Shown piece after piece: positions 45,404-46,100 of a stretch of 46,100 nucleotides of DNA; the stretch's first letter is position 1; every line of letters starts with the position of its first letter. The translations under genes were made by a program, and so were the position numbers. Source of the stretch: Thraustochytrium aureum (taxonomy: Eukaryota); the NCBI GenBank assembly GCA_012862495.1, contig BLSG01000410.1:429654-475753 (forward strand), given 5' to 3'. The notes under the pieces are model-generated. The model made no database searches. It had not been told where the DNA came from and worked only from the letters and a program-made list of their open reading frames with translations.

Positions 45404-46100
45404 TCGAACAAGGCCGTCGTTTCCTGACGGATGTTTCGGCAAGAGAACACAGTGCATTCAGCGCGTGCCGGGGATTTGGGCACCCGCTGCCGTGATTCCA
45501 GCTCCCAACTTCGCACGAGCGGCCGCAATGTCAATCGGGGCCTGGCGCTCCAGCGTTCATGCCGCGCGCGCGCGCGATCAGTGAGCGAGCTCGATTGCTC
45601 GCACGAGTGCTTGCACGAGTGCTTGCATGATTGCTTGCATACACGCTCGCTTGCTCGCGCGCTCGCACGCACTTGCTCGGTTCGTTGGGCCACCTGTTTG
45701 TGTTCGTGGAGGGTGGAGGGCTCGCCTGAGATTGCAGTTTGCGGTGTGAGTTGAGTACCCTGCCGTCATGGGCGGCCAAGGCGCCGAGGATCTGCGCAAG
45801 GGCCATGAAGGATCGGCCGAGCAGGCAGGCGGAAGCCAAAGGGCGGGCGTACGTACCTGCCACGGCAGATCGCGGCGCGAACGCTGGGTGCTGACGCTTC
45901 GCAGGTACATTTGTGTCGAGGACGCATGGGACTGTGAGCGAGCTCCTGGCTGCCTATCCCCACGGCCATCGACCTGCTCGCGCCGTGGTTGGCCCGGAAG
46001 GGCGTTCAGCGGCCGCTGTTCGGGCCGCGCAAGGGGCAATTGGTTCCCGGCACGCGACAGAAAGCGACAGCGAGCCGCAACGACCGCCAGTCCTTTCGCC

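Overview
GC-rich, gene-dense eukaryotic genomic DNA with many N gaps and a few short GT-AG introns carrying CTRAC-like branch points. Gene content suggests a flagellated stramenopile, possibly a thraustochytrid/labyrinthulid; this is an inference. Recognisable genes in order: TBP, a CDK9/12-type kinase with a C-terminal RS/RD tail, PME-1 methylesterase, a NEK6/7-like kinase apparently fused to an IFT57-like domain, a class 3 lipase, a coiled-coil protein, a MAPK with a TEH activation loop, RPL24, a RING-UBL-TM protein, CBP/p300, a myristoylated TKL kinase, a C19orf44/DUF4614-like protein, NIT1, PrimPol and a hypothetical protein with a PAS-like C-terminus. The most unusual element is at 34636-38061. 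It encodes a ~1100 aa protein with a piggyBac-type transposase scaffold (N-terminal helices, degenerate DDD core, C-terminal Cys-rich zinc domain) and a YqaJ/lambda-exonuclease-like domain inserted inside the catalytic core. Several genes carry single-base frameshifts at G/C runs, most likely homopolymer assembly errors. All family calls are by-eye motif recognition; no database search was run.
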